Below, one piece after another: positions 1-10,649 of a DNA stretch of 45,338 bases. The DNA is taken from NCBI RefSeq assembly GCF_001194135.2, contig NC_068982.1:91742379-91787716 (forward strand). The letters are read 5' to 3'. The stretch comes from Octopus bimaculoides (lineage: Eukaryota). Position 1 is the first letter of the stretch; each line of letters opens with the position of its first letter. Below the pieces are notes generated by a model. That model made no database searches. It saw only the letters and a list, made by a program, of their open reading frames with translations, and had not been told where the DNA came from. Made by a program: the position numbers and the translations under genes.

Positions 1-789
1 ATATATATATATATACGACACATATGTATGAATACACGCAGACACACACATATATATTTGATTAATGAGAGAGACGGAAGATGGAAGATACGAGAATGTT
101 TATTAATCTCTACAATTGCTTCTACTCCTCACGAGTGGAATATTTAACAATTGGTTTAGGAGTATCCTTCCGTGTAGATGTGTCTCTTCAGGTAATCTAC
201 AAGATGTATCTCGTTAAAATAACGACTGTTCCGCAAAATATCTTCTCGGTTTGTGTATAGAAAAGCAGCAAATTAAAGGATACAGCTTCATTTTTATATA
301 AGATCATTAATAAATAAAAGATGCAAAAAGTAACGAATACACAATACAGCGAAGAAAGTATTAAATATAACCGTTAAGAAATATGGATGTATAAACGCTC
401 TCGCTTAAGTAGTATGGCTCACGTACACTCACTCGTGCAAACATCCACGATAGTATAAGAATACGCACACGCGTGGCGTACACATGCTCACGCAGCGAAT
501 TAAATAGCTACTTAGTGTTTATAAGAATGGGGAGGCAGGTGTTAAATTTAATTCGTCCATACCTTAAAGTAAAGTATGATTACTAATTTGGTTAACGGTT
601 ACTCAAATTCATTCCCACTGCATTATGCGAAAGTGCATTCATAAGCATGTAAGCATCTTGAGAGTCTTTCAGAAATTCTATTAATAATCTTATCATTAGT
701 TCACAAAATAGGCAAGGATTTCTCGGAATCGAGTATATGCATGTATGTATATATGTATGTATGTATAGATGTATATGTGTGTGTGTGTA

Positions 790-1174
790 GTTGTTGGCAC
801 TCCGTCGCCTACGACGTCGAGGGTTCCAGTTGATCCGATCAACGGAACAGACTGCTCGTGAAATTAACGTGCAAGTGGCTGAGCACTCCACAGACACGTG
901 TACCCTTAACGTAGTTCTCGGGGATATTCAGCGTGACACAGTGTGACAAGGCTGACCCTTTGAATTACAGGCACAACAGAAACAGGAAGTAAGGGTGAGA
1001 GAAAGTTGTGGTGAAAGAGTACAGCAAGGTTCGCCACCATCCCCTGCCGGAGCCTCGTGGAGCCTTAGGTGTTTTAGCTCAATAAACACTCACAACGCCC
1101 GGTCATTGAAATCGAATCCGCGATCCTATTACCGCGAGTCCGCTGCCCTAACCACTGGGCCATTGCGCCTCCAC
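790..1174 (-). mobile_element. tRNA-derived SINE, family A, full length
   Basis: Minus strand begins GTGGAGGCGCAATGGCCCAGTGGTTAGG (A box), has a B-box-like GGATTCGATTTC and ends in a CAA tail. Near-identical copies at 19299-19674 and 29797-30186. Possible 10-bp TSD gtgtgtgtag/gtgtatgtag (781-790, 1175-1184). Confidence 0.92.
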
Positions 1175-1260
1175 GTGTATGTAGTATATATGTATTTATA
1201 TGCAGACACACACACATATATACATATATGTGTGTGTGTGTATGTATATATGTATACACA

Positions 1261-1975
1261 GGCAATAAAAAATCCAGATGACATCGCAAGCTTACAGCGA
1301 GACCTAAACGCAATATACAAGTGGGCTGAAGTAAACAACATGCAGTTTAATGCTGGAAAATTTCAAGCACTGCACAATCAACTCACGAATGCACTACAGC
1401 CTGCATATACAGGACCCAAAAGCACTGCAATCCTAGAGTCACAGGTAGTGAAAGACTTGGGGATCAGTATGTGCAATGATGCATCATTTCACATGCATAT
1501 TACCAAGATGGCAACAAAGTGCAGACAACTGGCAGAAGGGTTACTAAGGTCTTTCAAAACAAGAGACTAAGAAGTAATGTTGACCCTGTCGAGGACCTTT
1601 GTTCTCAGCTGCCTGGACTACTGCTCTCAGCTACGGTCACCACATAGTGCCAAACTAACAGCGCAGCTTGAAACAGTCCAACGCCGCTACGTTAAAAAGA
1701 TGGAAAGAGTGCAGCGGATGAGTTACAGGGAGAGGCTGAAAAAAACTGTGACTTTACTCCCTGGAACGAAGGCGCGACAGATATGTAATAATCTACATAT
1801 GCAAAACTCCTAGAAAGGTTTGTACCTAATTTCGGTATTGAGTGTTATACAATTGTCAGAAATGGACGCCATTGTGTTGTATCAAAGGTACCTTCCAATT
1901 CGGGAGCAGATACTGCAATAGCCTAGGGTTCAAAAGCCCACAACTCTTCAATGCCCTGCCACAAAAGTTAAGTTG
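1261..1975 (+). mobile_element. CR1/L2-like LINE, 5'-truncated RT C-terminal remnant
   Basis: Translation LQRDLNAIYKWAEVNNMQFNAGKFQ, VKDLGISM, FVLSCLDYCSQLRSP, LETVQRR, SYRERLK; broken by stops and frameshifts. Confidence 0.88.
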
Positions 1976-1989
1976 ATGAAGGAAGCTCG

Positions 1990-3520
1990 TACCCGAGTGT
2001 GACTACTGGTCATTGTGTTTTTCGGGTGTTTCTTTTTGTCTTCGTGTTTTTTTGTGGTTGTGAATGTGTTCGTAAAAATGGGTTGTCTTGTGATGAAGAT
2101 GTTGATGTTGGTGTTGATTTGTTTTTAAATTGGTGTTGTGACGGATTTTGCTTTTTACCGTCATGTCTTCGGGCATTCAAATTGGGCCGTTCTCTGTTTG
2201 GTTCATATTCAGTCTTCCTCTTATCTCCGACAAAGGCCTTTTGGTGCGAAGTCAATGAGGACTTTGCTTTTGCGAAGCCTGAATCGGAGGAAGGAGGCAG
2301 ATGCGAGGTTATAGTTTATTCCCCACTTTGAGAAGTTGGTAGTAACGGTGGAGAGCTTCGTGCTTTTTCCACCGCGGGGCAAAAGGCTTTGAGGTGGTTC
2401 GAATTCCCACATACAAAGCACATCTGTTTTTTCCCCTCTGTGGAAACTGGCATCTGTTCGCATTCCTGGAAACAGAAATAATTAGAAATGCGATTTATTT
2501 CCTCTGGAGAAACTAGTATCTGGAATTCCATAAGAACTCCAGTCCTGTTGAGTTGTGGGGTGGACTTCACCTCCACAATCTCCCGCATTCTCCTCCAGAA
2601 TGGCTAAAACCCTCGCCGGATCACGGTGACCCGGCACGTTCTTGACTCAAATTCGAGTCAATCTTTCACCCATGTAATAAGGTGCCATTACAAAAGCCTG
2701 GGACGTGCAAGTTATAGTAGCCATGTTTCTGGCTTGCTCACTGCTACATATAGCAGCAACCATTCCATATTGTTTACCTTTCTGTATGTGTAGCACTGAG
2801 GGCCACACCTCTTCGAGGCATTTTTCGGTCTCTGCCGGAGTAGGAAATTTAAGTTTCCTCTCCTTGCGAGAAACAAACAATTGTTCGTCTTTCGGGGAGT
2901 TTTTTCTCCTCCTCACTAAGGTACATAACACCTGGTTTCATAATGTCACTCTTGTATTTCAGTGCCTTATTTCTCAAGTCATCCATGAAAAAAAACAACC
3001 TAATTGCTAACGGCTTTAGAAAAGGAATTAGTTTTGTTGAAGTTCATCGTGTTATCATTGCTGCTGCTGTTGATGTGTTGTTGTTGTTGTTGTTGCTGTT
3101 GTTATTATTTTCCGGTTATCACTGTTGTTGTTGTTTTCAATTTTGTTGTTCATATTACTTTTCTTGTTTTCGATCTTGTTCATCTTGTTGCTGACGCTGT
3201 TAATATAGTTGCTCTTACTGTTGTTGTTTCTGCTGTTTGTGGTGGTGGTGGTGGTAGTGGTGCTGCTGCTGCTGTTCACATAGTTGCTGCTGTAGTCGCC
3301 GTCATTATCATTGGTGTTGGTACTTTTACACGTGTTACTGTAGTCGGAGCAACTAGAGGAAATTATATTTCTCTTTGGCGAGAAATTAATTTCATCTTCG
3401 GCTGCGTTTGTTTTCAGAGTTATAACAGAACATTGCTCTTGGTCGAAGTCAACAGAACGCTGCACTTGGCCGATTCATTTTTTTTTCTTTTTCGTAATCG
3501 GACATTTTTTTTTTTAAAAT
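1990..3520 (-). mobile_element. L1/Tx1-clade ORF1 (gag-like) remnant with CCHC zinc knuckle
   Basis: Overlapping minus-strand ORFs join across a stop and a frameshift (ERLTRI*VKNVPG...; EIVEVKSTPQLN...). Contains CFVCGNSNHLKAFC (CX2CX4HX4C) and a low-complexity N-terminal part at 3040-3465. Confidence 0.7.
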
Positions 3521-3759
3521 AGGAAACATGAATAAAATCCTGTCTTCACAAAAAAAAAATGCAAAAATGCAAAACTATTATTACAACCCCAAAAAGGGGA
3601 TGCAATTACACAAAATGTTACCACCACGATCCAGACAATGCAAGCTAAATACTTGTTGAATAAAATTTTGAAAGAACGGCCTGCAACTAGCCGAAAAGCT
3701 TGATTAAATACTTACAAATTACGGAGCTCCAACACGTATAATTTCACAGGCTGGTGGCT

Positions 3760-3760
<1 letters not shown>

Positions 3761-3811
<51 letters not shown>
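3761..3811. repeat. (TAA)n microsatellite
   Basis: Pure TAA run. Confidence 0.98.
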
Positions 3812-3814
<3 letters not shown>

Positions 3815-3879
3815 TAACTGACAGAAGTTACAGAATGAGACACGGGCCGAATGTTTTATACTAGAACAAGCTAAAGGAA

Positions 3880-4140
3880 GGCGGCAGGACTATCTTCCCA
3901 ATAGATTCAGCCGATAGCCGGATCCGTCCTACACGTGACAGCAAGTGTTCAACATTGACCTACAAGTCAGCAATGCTCGGACACTGACCGAGAGCATGTA
4001 GAACAATTTCCTCGCTCTGTGTGCGTGTCGGGCAAGCCGGGCTGACGGCACTTCCGTGCCTGTAGAGTTTATCCCGAATCTGCAATACAACCGATAGCAC
4101 TGCCAGACTAAGGATTTCTGGAAATTTCCCATAGACTTCG
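3880..4140 (-). mobile_element. L1/Tx1-clade ORF2 C-terminal zinc-binding region remnant
   Basis: Frameshifted translation FQKSLVWQCYR / RDKLYRHGSAVSPACP..SEEIVLHALGQCPSIADL*..EHLLSRVGRIRLSAESI resembles the post-RT Cys/His region of Tx1-type ORF2. Confidence 0.72.
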
Positions 4141-4754
4141 GACTGAAACTCCTCCAGAACAGACGAGTCAGTTGATTCTCTTCGACGCCCAGAGTCTCGC
4201 TTGCGACGGTGCAAATAACGTTCTTGTCTTTCCAGTGATGGTCTCTGGTGCTGTTGAATGGATCTCACCTGCTGCTTTTTCTGCTGTTGCTGTTGTTGTT
4301 TTGGATGCTGCTGCTCTTGACTCTGATGTTACTAGTGCTATTGTAGATGGTAGTGGTGCTGCTGTTGCTTTTGACGCTGTTATTGCTGTTGAGGTGTCTG
4401 CAGCAGACTTTGTTAAGTGCACTTTGGCCTCACTTGACGTTTTTTTCTGTTAACTCAACTTCTTTTATTTTACGACAAGCTTGTGCGAAACCGTCCTGAA
4501 TTTACTTAGAAAGAAGAACGACCGCTGTTTTCATGGTATTAATGTTTGTGTTGATGGTGATGGGATAGTGGTNNNNNNNNNNNNNNNNNNNNNNNNNNNN
4601 NNNNNNNNNNNNNNNNNNNNNNNNNNNNNNNNNNNNNNNNNNNNNNNNNNNNNNNNNNNNNNNNNNNNNNNNNNNNNNNNNNNNNNNNNNNNNNNNNNNN
4701 NNNNNNNNNNNNNNNNNNNNNNNNNNNNNNNNNNNNNNNNNNNNNNNNNNNGCT

Positions 4755-4889
4755 GTTGCTGTTGTTGTCGTCATTATTGTGGTCGTTGCTGCTGCTGCTG
4801 TTGCTGTTGTTGTCGTCATTATTGTGGTCGTTGCTGCTGCTGCTGTTGCTGTTGTTGTCGTCATTATTGTGGTCGTTGCTGCTGCTGCT
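4755..4889. repeat. 45-bp minisatellite, 3 copies
   Basis: Unit gttgctgttgttgtcgtcattattgtggtcgttgctgctgctgct repeated three times next to an N gap. Confidence 0.95.
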
Positions 4890-5199
4890 ACTATCTGTGC
4901 TTCGTCTCTTGACTACATCAACTAGCGGTAGGAAAACAATGTCATAATAGCTGATCAAACAGTCATCACTTCCTTCGATTTGAGAATCACTATTGATATT
5001 TTTGTGCTTCGAAATATTAAACCTAAAATTTCGCCCTTAAAAAGTGAATTCTCGTCAGACCAGCTCGTTTCTCTTACTGTGAATTGGGTTATTCTGGAAA
5101 CAGTTCAACAAAATTTTGCATATCAACTAAAAAAAAAAAAAAAAATTTTTTTTAAAAACTTACGAGCCACGAATTAGCGTCCACTCCGTTCAAACACAA

Positions 5200-5284
<85 letters not shown>

Positions 5285-5309
5285 CGACGACGACGATGAT
5301 GATGATGAT
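5200..5309. repeat. (GAT)n/(GAC)n microsatellite
   Basis: Direct reading. Confidence 0.98.
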
Positions 5310-6747
5310 TAACTTGGCACGCTGGTGAACACAGTAAGACTTTTCACGAAGGACATAGGCGTGGGATTTGGTATCAATAAATGTGCAATTTTGATACTGA
5401 AGAGTGGGAAGGTAAAGCAGAGTCAAGGACTTGAACTGCCAAATAACCAGGTGATGAAAAGTTTAGAAGTTAAGGATACAAGTTTTTGGGAGTTTTGGAA
5501 TCGGATACATAAAAAAAAATGAGAAATGAAAAAAATCATTTCAAAGTAGTACTTTAGAAGGGTCAATTTGATACTGAAATCTAAGTTAAATTCTGGGAAC
5601 ATTTGTAAAGGCAATAAATCCAAGGGCTGTATTAATTGTGAGATATGTGGCAGTTCTTCTGAATTGAAACAAAGAGGAACTGCAAGATATGGATAGAAAA
5701 ACTCGGTGACTAATGACAATGTACAAGGCTTTTCATAAAAGGGCAGATCTGGACAGGCTGTACGTGAAACGTAAAAATGGAGGAAAGCGGTTGATCAATG
5801 TGGAGAATTGTGTGAACATGGAATTGAAAACTTTTAATCAATATGTTAACGAAAGCACAGAATAACTTCCAGCAGCAGTAATCAATGCAAACGTACTAGG
5901 AGGACACACAAAAGATGAAATACTTGAATAGAGTAAGTAAAGTTATATGGGAAAACATTTATACCCCCAATTTATGCAGAATACTGAGGCAGAAAGAGGC
6001 GAAAACACTTGTTATAGGTTGAAGAAGAGAATTCTCGAAAACGAGACAGAACGATTAATCATGGCAGCTCAGGATCAAATCCTTCGGACAAATAGTAAAA
6101 AATGCAGGGTAGGAGTTAATGTGTTGCCATTGTGTAGGTTGTGCGATGAATGAGAAGAAACAGTGACCCACATAGTAAGTGAATATTCCCAACTTGCGCA
6201 GAAACAGTACAAATCTCAGACACGTGATAATGTTGCAAAGATCATCCACTGGGAAATGTGTAAGAAGTATAGACTTCCGACACAAGTGATATGAACAAGC
6301 ACCTGAAAAAAGTGACTGGGAATGATGAGGTTAAACTTCATTGGGACATTCTTATCCAAACGGATCATTTTCTAGAGCATAACAGACAAGATATCTTGGT
6401 ACTTGAGGAAATGGAACGGACTTGTTAATTGATGTGGCCTCTCCATTTGATACAAGAATAAAAGAAAAAGAAATTAACAAGGCAGATATATACCAGGACC
6501 TAATGAGAGAGATAAACAGTTTGTGGAGTTGCAGAAAAAGTAAGATCATATCAGTTGTCATTTAAACCTTAAGAACGACGGAGAAGAAGTTCAAGGAGTG
6601 GACAATAAAGATTAGCTTGCAGAAACACATAGAATATATGCAACTGGCTTGCTTGTGGGGGAGGGTAAAGATCATTCGAAAGTTCTTGGATGACAAGTCA
6701 TTCAGCAAAAGATGAACATTCATACGTCGTCTTCGACGGGAGGAGCC
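5310..6747 (+). mobile_element. R4/Dong-clade non-LTR retrotransposon, 5'-truncated and decayed (RT C-terminus plus RLE nuclease)
   Basis: DIGVGFGINKCA, KSKLNSGN, DRLYVKRKNGG, ETERLIMAAQDQILRTN, CRLCDE*EETVTHIVS (CCHC), IQTDHFLEHNRQDILV..IDVA (PD..D nuclease motif, degenerate). Confidence 0.9.
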
Positions 6748-6826
6748 ATCTATCTATCTATCTATCTAGCTAGCTAGCTAGCTAGCTACATACATACATA
6801 CATACATACATACATACATACATACA

Positions 6827-6858
<32 letters not shown>

Positions 6859-7102
6859 CACGTGTATGTGTGTGTATATGTGCCTTCGTATTTGTCCTCC
6901 ATCATCGCTTGACAACTAGTGTTGGTTTGTCTACACCGATAGAACAAATAACAGACTTCAAAATAGGTACTGGGATCGCTTTNNNNNNNNNNTCTAATAA
7001 CTGAAACTAGTAAAACATAAAACTACTTTTTTTCATTCAATAAATAAAGTAAAGCTGTCAATGAGGGTAGACGTATTTTGACGAAGTTTCCAATATTTCA
7101 AT

Positions 7103-7408
7103 ACGGCTGTGAGATAAGAGCTTGTTTCCTAACAACATGGTTCCGGGTTCAATTCCACTGCGTAGCACCTTGGGCAAGTGTCTTCTACTATAGCCTCGGG
7201 CCGACCAAATCCTTGTGAGTGGAGTTGGCAGACGTGTTTGTCCACCACCACCGATTGACAACCAGTCAAAAGTGATCGATAAAATAAGTATCTGGCTTTA
7301 AAATGTATACTGGAGTCAACTCATTCGACTAAAAGTCCTTCAAGGCGGTGTCCCAGCATGGCCGCAGTCTAATGACTGAAACAACTAAAAGATAAGAGAT
7401 AAAAGATA
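7103..7408 (+). mobile_element. tRNA-derived SINE, family B (CORE-like CCTTGGGCAAGT segment)
   Basis: Head GGCTGTGAGATAAG..GGTTCAATTCC, then GCACCTTGGGCAAGTGTCTTCTACTATAGCCTCGGGCCGACCAA, and a purine-rich AAAGAT tail. Multiple copies in the window. Confidence 0.88.
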
Positions 7409-7490
7409 TTTAATTTGGTTTCTACTTCCACATTTATATTTTGCACCATCTTCTGAATTTATATTTAGAATTACAATTTGTATCTTTCAG

Positions 7491-7646
7491 ATTTCATAGA
7501 ATATAATCCTATTAATTTTGTGGTACACCTAGCTACATCTCGCAGTACTCCAGTGCGTTGCATTGCATGTTTAGGAATCAGTGGGATGCATAGACGATCT
7601 GTCAATGGTTTACATTGTACTAAGAAAGACTCGTTCAACGGGAGTG
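7491..7646 (+). CDS. Candidate internal coding exon of an unidentified host gene (156 nt, phase 1-1)
   Basis: Acceptor tttgtatctttcag| and donor G|gtaagt. Open frame DFIEYNPINFVVHLATSRSTPVRCIACLGISGMHRRSVNGLHCTKKDSFNGS(G), length divisible by 3, non-repetitive. Confidence 0.6.
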
Positions 7647-8089
7647 GTAAGTTATTTTCCACGATACAGAAGATATACGAACTGTCGAGCTGATTATCAG
7701 TGGTATGGGCATTCACCCTATCATTTCGGGCTATGAATATTTTAAAATATTTCAATCATTCTTAAAATTGACAACGACATATCTTCTAAAAATACAGTAC
7801 AATTTCCAATTCCATTATTTCTTTAAATAGAAAATTTCCTTTTACATTTAAATTTTATTTTCTTCTCTTACTTTCTCACTTCTTTTATGATGTTTGCAAA
7901 ACTTTTTATTTCAATGACGGAATTTTTGCACTTTCTAAATAAAAGCTTCATAGTTTGAAATAGAATTCAAGTAAATAGGTTTATATATATCTATATCTAT
8001 ATATATAGAGACAGATTTATATGTAAGTATATATAAATATATATATAGGTATATATAAATATATATAAGTAAATATAGATATAGGTAAG

Positions 8090-8136
<47 letters not shown>

Positions 8137-8162
8137 GTGTGTGTGTGTGTGTATAGAAATCG

Positions 8163-8360
8163 ATTACGACGTCGAGGGTTCCAGTTCATCCGATCGACGG
8201 AACAACCTGTTCGTGAAATTAACGTGCAAGTGGCTGAGCACTCTACAGACACGTGTACCCTTAATGCAGTTCTCGGAGAGATTCAGCGTGACACAGAGTG
8301 TGACATGGCTGGCCCTTTAAAATATAGGTACAACAGAAACAGGAAGAAAGAGTGAGAGAA
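8163..8360 (-). mobile_element. SINE family A, 3' half only
   Basis: Aligns to about 808-1005 of the first copy; lacks the tRNA head. Confidence 0.88.
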
Positions 8361-8464
8361 TGTTTAGCTGGGCTAAAAAGTCACATTCGATCACAGCACC
8401 GATAACAGTTAAGCCTCGTGCAATTGCCATACTCGATAACGAGGGGGCAGCCATCATATATATA

Positions 8465-8625
8465 CACGATGGGCTTCTTTCAGTTTCCATCTACCAAATC
8501 CACTGACAAGGCATTGGTCGACCCGAGGCTATAGCAGAAGATACTTATACTTGCCCTAAGTGCTACGCACTGGGACTGAATCCAGAACCATGCGGTTGGT
8601 AAGCAAGTTACTTACCTCACAGCAA
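8465..8625 (-). mobile_element. SINE family B, 5' half
   Basis: Reverse complement matches 7105-7230 and 35108-35270. Confidence 0.85.
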
Positions 8626-8634
8626 CTTCTGGGC

Positions 8635-8880
<246 letters not shown>

Positions 8881-9088
8881 TGGGTACAGGACGTCACCAA
8901 CTGTAAACAACATGAAATACGAAAACAAGCAAGTTAAATACGCAAACAACGAGAGAAAAAAATTGAAAATAGGACAAGTAACACAAAGAATGACCCTTCA
9001 TCAGTTGTCGGCCGTTTATCTACTCATTTCGAGCAATTAATGACAATATGAGTCTTCGAAGACAGTTGCTCCCATAACTTCCAAAATA
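8881..9088. repeat. Probable interspersed repeat, possibly Penelope-like terminal region
   Basis: Non-coding block bounded by a microsatellite and a gap; contains CTGATGAAG on the minus strand. Family assignment is inference only. Confidence 0.35.
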
Positions 9089-9189
9089 NNNNNNNNNNNN
9101 NNNNNNNNNNNNNNNNNNNNNNNNNNNNNNNNNNNNNNNNNNNNNNNNNNNNNNNNNNNNNNNNNNNNNNNNNNNNNNNNNNNNNNNNT

Positions 9190-9405
9190 TCACTCAGCTG
9201 TAGAAATGAGTTGCGACGTTACTGGTGCCAAGCTGTATTGGCCTTTGCTTTTCCATTGGATAGTATCGGTGACGTGGAGCGGGGAGGCTGGTATGCATGG
9301 GCGACTGCTGGCCTTCCATAAACAACCTTGCCCGGACTTGGGCCTCGAAGGGTAACTTTCTAGGTGCTGTCCCATAGTCATTCATGACCGAAGGGGGTCA
9401 TCCCT
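9190..9405 (+). mobile_element. Probable SINE body (family E)
   Basis: GC-richer block starting CACTCAGCTGTAGAAATGAGT. A tRNA-like head that I infer belongs to the same family is at 24335-24431, with no overlap to prove it. Confidence 0.45.
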
Positions 9406-9639
9406 TTAGGCTGCACTAAGTGGAGTTCGGACTAAAGCACGCTGTTACTCCCTGTTCACGTCTTTACTTGCAGATAGTGACCAGCACATTGTATCCGCCC
9501 TGTCTCTCGACTGCGTCTGTCATATAATTTGAGCAGACAGTCCTTCCTCGTTTGACTTAGAAAACACATACATACATACATACATACATGTACACATTTA
9601 AATATATATACATATATACATTGTGTGTGTGTGTGTACA

Positions 9640-9950
9640 AATGTTTTTACTGTTAGGTCTAATTAACCTTTATCTAAATCTGGTTATGCCTATTTTTATA
9701 CACATCTTAAAATTAATCTTGTCCTGTTTATGAATGGATACCTTTATTTTCATCCCCACGTACGTGTTTGCTTTCCTATTGGAAATGCTTTTCCCTATAT
9801 ACATGCATAAATGTAATTCTTTTCCCAAATGAATTAAATAAATTGCACTTCATAGTCGAGGCTCTGATGAAGCTGTAAAGTGTTACTCAGGCACTCAACT
9901 AGGAGTTCACTGCATCTTATAGCACAAAACAGTCGTAAACTACTGAAGTT
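9640..9950 (+). mobile_element. Penelope-like terminal repeat with decayed hammerhead-like motif
   Basis: CTGATGA at 9864-9870, hairpin GCTGTAA/TTATAGC, then AAAAC-AGTC-GTA, with flanking arms ACTTCATAGT/ACTACTGAAGT. Confidence 0.5.
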
Positions 9951-9989
9951 CATAAGAAAGTCATTCATTTCTTTGTCATCCCATTTTCT

Positions 9990-10035
<46 letters not shown>

Positions 10036-10649
10036 AAAATACCCTGTTGTTGATGTTGAAATTCCAATAAGGGCGCCTTAGATCTAAGTTAGAAACCGGC
10101 TCTTTCTCTATTGGCAAGAAATCTTGAAATAAAAAAGAATGACATACATGCATACACATGCACACGCGCGTGCGCGCGTCTGTTTGTATGTATATACAAA
10201 TGTCTGTACATATATTTGTGTTTGTATATGTGTCTGTGGTGGGGAATGTGTGTGTGTGCGTGTGCGTGTGTGACATTTTTCTTTGTACAAAAGCAATGGC
10301 TACTTCGACTCCTACGATGCTATTCGATTTTCTGCTGATATTCAAAACTGCAGATTTTGAATATCTGCAGATATTCAAAACATAGAATCGACCGATAAAG
10401 CTATAAGCAAACGGACTATGCTGTCGCCACTATTACACTGTTCTCATTATATCTGTATGTAAAACAGATCTCTGCAATTACTGTGGAATATAACACAGCT
10501 TTAAAACATTTTAAACATTTTGAATGTATGGATAACACTTTTTTAAATAGAATAGGGAAAAACAACCACTCGTGTATTATAAAACATTAACGATATCGCT
10601 AGAGGCTATAAAAATGTTATAATACGCATTAGAGTGTTAATACCTACTT

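Noticed and set aside
592-720. Coding remnant in the 592-897 minus-strand ORF
   Set aside because: The ORF is stitched from a SINE, a microsatellite and a short stretch with no recognisable motif.
1100-1174. tRNA gene calls at SINE heads
   Set aside because: A and B boxes are present, but there is no full cloverleaf and each head continues into a SINE body.
995-1570. 191-aa protein
   Set aside because: Chance fusion of antisense SINE, microsatellite and CR1 RT fragment.
4755-4889. CRISPR-like array
   Set aside because: Contiguous identical units with no spacers, in a eukaryotic context.
8990-9015. CTGATGA hammerhead core on the minus strand
   Set aside because: No stem II or GAAA follows.
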